From Selaginella moellendorffii (taxonomy: Eukaryota; Plantae; Lycopodiophyta), in contig NW_003314319.1 in assembly GCF_000143415.4 (NCBI RefSeq), positions 258,115 to 322,114 of the forward strand: 64,000 bases of DNA. The letters run 5' to 3'. This document shows positions 59,521 to 64,000 of this stretch, piece by piece. The notes beneath the pieces are model-generated. The model was not told where the DNA came from, searched no databases, and was given only the letters and a program-made list of their open reading frames with translations. The translations under genes and the position numbers were made by a program. Each line of letters opens with the position of its first letter. Position 1 is the first letter of the stretch.

Positions 59521-61673
59521 ATGCCTAGGGTTCATGCAGAGTCTCTGTTTGCCTTTGCGCCGGGATTCTTCGATGGTGCTCGGATCTACGCCTTCAGCGC
59601 GGATTGTGACGCAGGTGGAAGTGGCCAAGGCGCATTGCGGCCGGATGGAGCTGAGGAGCGCGCTGTGGAACTGGGCGAGGCTGCCGCCGGGGATGAGGAT
59701 CTGGAGGATTCCAGGCTGAGCAAGTGGACGTGTGGAGCCTGTGGTATGAAGTTTCAGAACGGGGAGGATCAAAGGGGCCATTTCAAATCCGATTTCCATC
59801 GCTTGAATGTAAGTAGTCTCTCTTGTTTGTTCTGTGTAGGTTCTTAGAGTTTTTTCTTGCTTTGTTCAAGGAGCTTTTTTACTTTTAGGTGAAGCGAAAG
59901 ATTGCTGGGAAGGCTTGTTTCACTGAAGAGGAGTTTGAGAGATTCGCTGGCGGAGACATTGCGGGTGACACTGATGTTTCCAGCGTATCCGGCTCGGAGA
60001 GCGATGTGGAAGACGAAGAGAAACACAGCAGTAAGAATGTGGCTGGCAAAGTAAGCATTCCTTTGCTGCTTGGCTCTGGCCCGATCGTCGAGGTCTGGAG
60101 CTGCCTGGTTTTGAATAGCGGCGAGAGACTGGAGAAGCAGAAAGACGATCAACAAGAAGCTGGAGTGGTCACGGAAACGGTGTTCCTCTCACGATTAAAA
60201 TCTCTTGTTTCTTCGCCCAAGCTCGTTTGGGTCGTACTGCTCGCAGTCGGGGGTCACTTTGCTGGCGTGGTGGTGGACATAAAGACTGGCGTGGTTCAAG
60301 CACATCAAACTTATCACAGGTTTGCTTTCGTTTTTGTTGGTTTCCTGGACGTGTTTCATGGATTTTCTGTTTTTCCTTGTAGATACGTGGTGCGGGCAAA
60401 GGCTGGAGGGAAACAGGCTAATCGAGATGCTACTGGTAGAGCTCCCAAATCCGCTGGGGCTTCTCTCAGGCGCTACAACGAAATGGCTTTGCAGAAGGTG
60501 GGCATGACTTTGTGATAATGTTCCAACTTCTTAGATGCGTTTGTTTTAGGAAATCAAAACATTGCTCGAGTCCTGGAGAGACTACTTACAAGAAGCTAGC
60601 TTCATTTTCGTGTTCGCTCCATCACGGAATAGCCAGTCGATATTTGGAGACAAACCTCTACTAAGCCGGGAGGACAGTCGACTTCGATCCATTCCATTTC
60701 CAACCAGGAGGCCAACGTACAAAGAAGCGAGACGAGTATATGGACGCCTCTCCTCTTTACAGTACAAGGAGAAGGAAGAAGTTTTAAGTGTTCCCGACGA
60801 AGCACCGCCACCTTCTACTGAGAAAAGCGAGAAAAAAGTCACGGTTCAACACGAAAGGAGCGACACAGACTTGGATGCGGCTGCCGAGGAAAACGCCGCT
60901 GCTCAGGTGCCGCCGCCGCCATTGCACGAGGCTGTAGTGGCTGGAAACGCGACTCTAGTGATGGATCTCCTGGAGAGCGGCGCGGATCCTTGCGTTAAGC
61001 ATCGGGGACGAACAGCTTATGCGGCTGCAAGCCACAAAGAAACCAGGAACGCGTTTCGAAAGTTCATGGCCTCTCACTTGGACATGTGGGATTGGAATGC
61101 TGCCAACGTGCCAAGTCCATTGACAGACGAGATGGAAGCAGCCCAAGCTGCGAAACAGGTGAAAAAACTAAACAACTCCTCCGGTTCTCCCTGCTGAGAT
61201 CTATGGTTTTTGCAGGCTGAGAAGACTGCGAAACGCAGGGCTAAGGAAAAGGAACGCAAACTTGAGAGAAAAGCACAACAAAAAGCAGCCGCGGCAGCAG
61301 AGGTACTCGTTCTCTAAATGCAATGTTACATGTAGATGCCCGAAACAAATCACATCTTGCACAGGTCTCGAAGAAACCAGGGACGAGTGCCCCTAAGGAA
61401 GTTCCAACACAAGAGGTATAAAACAGAAAGGAATTGCCCTGGACTAACTTTGCGTTGATGATCAATCAGGCGATGAATGCGACGCAAAGAGAGTTGCGAG
61501 CTGCTGCTGCCGAATCGAGGATGAAGGCTTCGATGACAAGCGCCGGATCGTCGGAGTTGTGCTCGTGCTGTGCGAGCTCTCTCGCAAACAAGGTACCATT
61601 CTACAAGTTTGAGTTTAAGTACTGCAGTGTTGCTTGCGTCAATGCTCACCGCCGAATCCTCGAAGATGAATGA
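59521..61673 (+). CDS. ANKZF1: Ankyrin repeat and zinc finger protein 1 (Vms1 homologue), multi-exon
   Basis: C2H2 finger CGAC...HFKSDFHRLN, VLRF1 domain GGHFAG...HQTYHRYVVRAKAG..Q...SAGASLRRYNE, ankyrin repeat, coiled coil, C-terminal CSCC...YCSVAC. Confidence 0.93.
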
Positions 61674-61699
61674 ATAAAAAAAGCTCTCGAGTTTTAAAC

Positions 61700-61708
61700 T
61701 TTCCCGCC
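61700..61708 (+). promoter_or_regulatory. E2F binding site upstream of DNA polymerase alpha
   Basis: TTTCCCGCC fits TTTSSCGS, 43 nt before the ATG of a replication gene; telo-box TAGGGTTT at 61745. Confidence 0.75.
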
Positions 61709-61751
61709 AATTTTTGGGATTTTAGGTCCCAGGAGATTCTTCTTAGGGTTT

Positions 61752-64000
61752 ATGGGTTCCCGGGAGAATGCGAGGAGGGCTGCGGGAGCGGCCGGGCAGG
61801 CATCAGCTCGATCTGCGGCATTGGAGCAGCTCAAGAGGCTGCGCGAGGGAGGAGGGCGCCGCGTCGACACTTTCGAGCTCAAGGTAGAGGAGCAGATCTT
61901 CGATAGGCTAGACGAGAAGGATTACGCGCTGCTGGTGGCCAAGCGGCGGCTCGAGTCTCAGGATTTTGTGGTGGATGACGATGGTCTCGGCTATGCTGAT
62001 ATTGGCGAGGAGGAGAATTGGGATGTTGGGGCAATGCCGGAATCTTCTGACGAGGAGGACGGTGCTGCCAAAAAGAAAAAGATTGCTGGTAAGAGTCTTG
62101 TTCTTTTCCCTCTTTCAGATGAAGGAATTGTGGTGTTGTGTTGTAGATCCGAAGAAGAAGAGAGATGTGCCCAGTAGAAAGGAGAGGGAGCTCATGGCAG
62201 CAGCTTCGCTCATGGGGAAGCAGAGTGTCTCCAGTATGTTTGCTGCTGCTGGGTCGGGAATGAGCGTCAAATCCTCCAAAGCTAGAGACTTCGATGGAGC
62301 GGACCAGGTGCTGGATGACGTTCTCGCTGCTGTAGGCGCGGACAGTGTTCATCGGGAGAGGAAGAAGAAGCATCGACAAACATCGGAGGCAAAGGAGGAC
62401 AGTCACTTTTCCAGGGAAATGCCATCTCTTATGGCTGATATGGAAATAGCTGCCAAGGTGGAGGAGGACTCACTTCCACCACCACCTTCTACATCAGAGA
62501 AGCAGGCAGAAGACTCTGCGGTTTCCACTTTTCTTGTAGCTGATGCGGAAGTAAAAATCAAGGTGGAGGAGCCAAGTCAAGAGCTTCCACCACTGCCGTT
62601 CAACGCGGATCATAGCACGAGTAAAAATGAACGAATCAAAGCGGCTGAAGATTCTTCCGGCCTAGGAGAAATGCCAGCCCTCCCGGCTGACGAGATGGGA
62701 AACCTTTCATTTTTCTTCCTGGATGCCTACGAGGAGGCGTTCGGTGCAAACGCCGGGACTGTTTTCCTCTTTGGAAAGGTACGAAGTTCAGCTATAAACT
62801 TACGTCTCAGGATTGGTTTCGATGCAGGTTCAAAGAGGTGGAAAATATGTCAGCTGTTGTGTTGCCGTGAGAAATATCCAGCGGTGTGTTTTTGCAGTTC
62901 CTGGTCCGTCGGTATTTCCAGACGGCCTCGTCAACACTCTGGAACAAGAAGCAACATCATCCGAACTGAAGGTGAAGCTTCAGGTGGGGCCTTGAATTTT
63001 AGACATTGTTCCTGCTCTGACAATGCAGATTCCAGGAAATGGCTAGAGAAATGAAAATGGAGCTCTCAGAAAAGTTGATGGAGCTCAACGTTTCGAAGTT
63101 TAGCATGATACCTGTGAAGGTATAACATAGTTCAATATCTTCAAATCACAAATATTTTCTTTTCTCCAGAGGTCATATGCATTCGACAGAATGGATGTGC
63201 GATCAGGAGCTCATTATTATTTAAAATTAAGTTATCCCTTCAAGGTTTGCTTTCCATTTAGTTTTAATTAGTTAGTTTCGTATCCCGTAGGATCCGACGC
63301 TTCCGGGTGATCTGAGAGGAGCGCACTTCACCAGTGTATTCGGAACACGGACAAGGTGAAGGCATGCTTTAATTATGAGTACTGTTAGTTTTGACAGTTT
63401 CTTTCAATATTGCATAGTGCGCTGGAAACTTTTCTCATTAAAAGAAGAATCAAGGGACCTTGTTGGCTGTCCATCTCGAACTCGCACCAAATACCATGCT
63501 CTTCTCAGGTTGGTAATGACGAAAGATAGATTATCTTGACACTATCCTGTTGTTTCAGATCAGCTGGTGTAAAGTGGAGGTTTCCGTGGATTCTCCGAAA
63601 GACGTAGCTAATATATCAACTTTGAAACCTGCGTTTGAGATCCCGAGGCTGATTGTTGCTAGCATCTGTCTGAAGACGGTAGTCAATCAGAAACAAAATC
63701 TAAATGAGATTGTCTCTGCATCGGTAGTGTTTTGCGAGCGCGTAAAGGTATACTGGTCACATTTGATTTTGTGATGAACTTGTGACATGATTTTTCTGCA
63801 GGTAGATGCACCCATGCCGCAGTCCGAGTGGAACAAGCAAGAGATGCTAGAACATTTTAGCATCGTCCGCAAGCTCGATGGCGGAGTATATCCGATGGGA
63901 TTTTCTTCTGAGGTATCACTCATTAATAACAAGAGCGGGTGCAGCGTTTTGAGCTGTGAGGGGAGGTAAGCTTGGCAACGTGGGCCACTTATCCTGATTT
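61752..64000 (+). CDS. POLA1: DNA polymerase alpha catalytic subunit, 5' part; continues beyond the window
   Basis: FVVDDDGLGYADIGEEE, FFFLDAYEE...GTVFLFGKV, SCCVAVRNIQR, IKGPCWL, SWCKVEV, NEIVSAS; short GT-AG introns. Confidence 0.95.

Overview
Eukaryotic nuclear DNA from a gene-dense land plant. Very short introns (about 45-75 nt), many PLS-class PPR genes, a chromovirus and a Cassandra TRIM suggest a lycophyte such as Selaginella (inference, not proven). Two nested transposon blocks (about 1-20 kb and 44.9-52.3 kb) flank gene islands. The islands hold CRN/CLF1, a PPR gene, a PKR1-like gene, a SEP/LIL gene, BSP, an NFD4-like MFS transporter, a 2OG dioxygenase, INTS9, an LRR-RLP, a small secreted protein, ANKZF1/Vms1 and the 5' part of DNA polymerase alpha, plus several decayed paralogues. 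Most notable: (1) both frameshifts in the chromovirus integrase are intron-like inserts whose removal restores the frame; (2) an intronless orphan ORF has a CAE...CxxC deaminase signature; (3) there are spliced remnants of an N4/N6-type DNA methyltransferase gene and a ParB-like gene; (4) there is an intact 5S-rRNA-bearing Cassandra element; (5) a small secreted protein resembles a non-plant family and faces the RLP across a long hairpin. All family calls come from reading motifs by eye; no searches were run.
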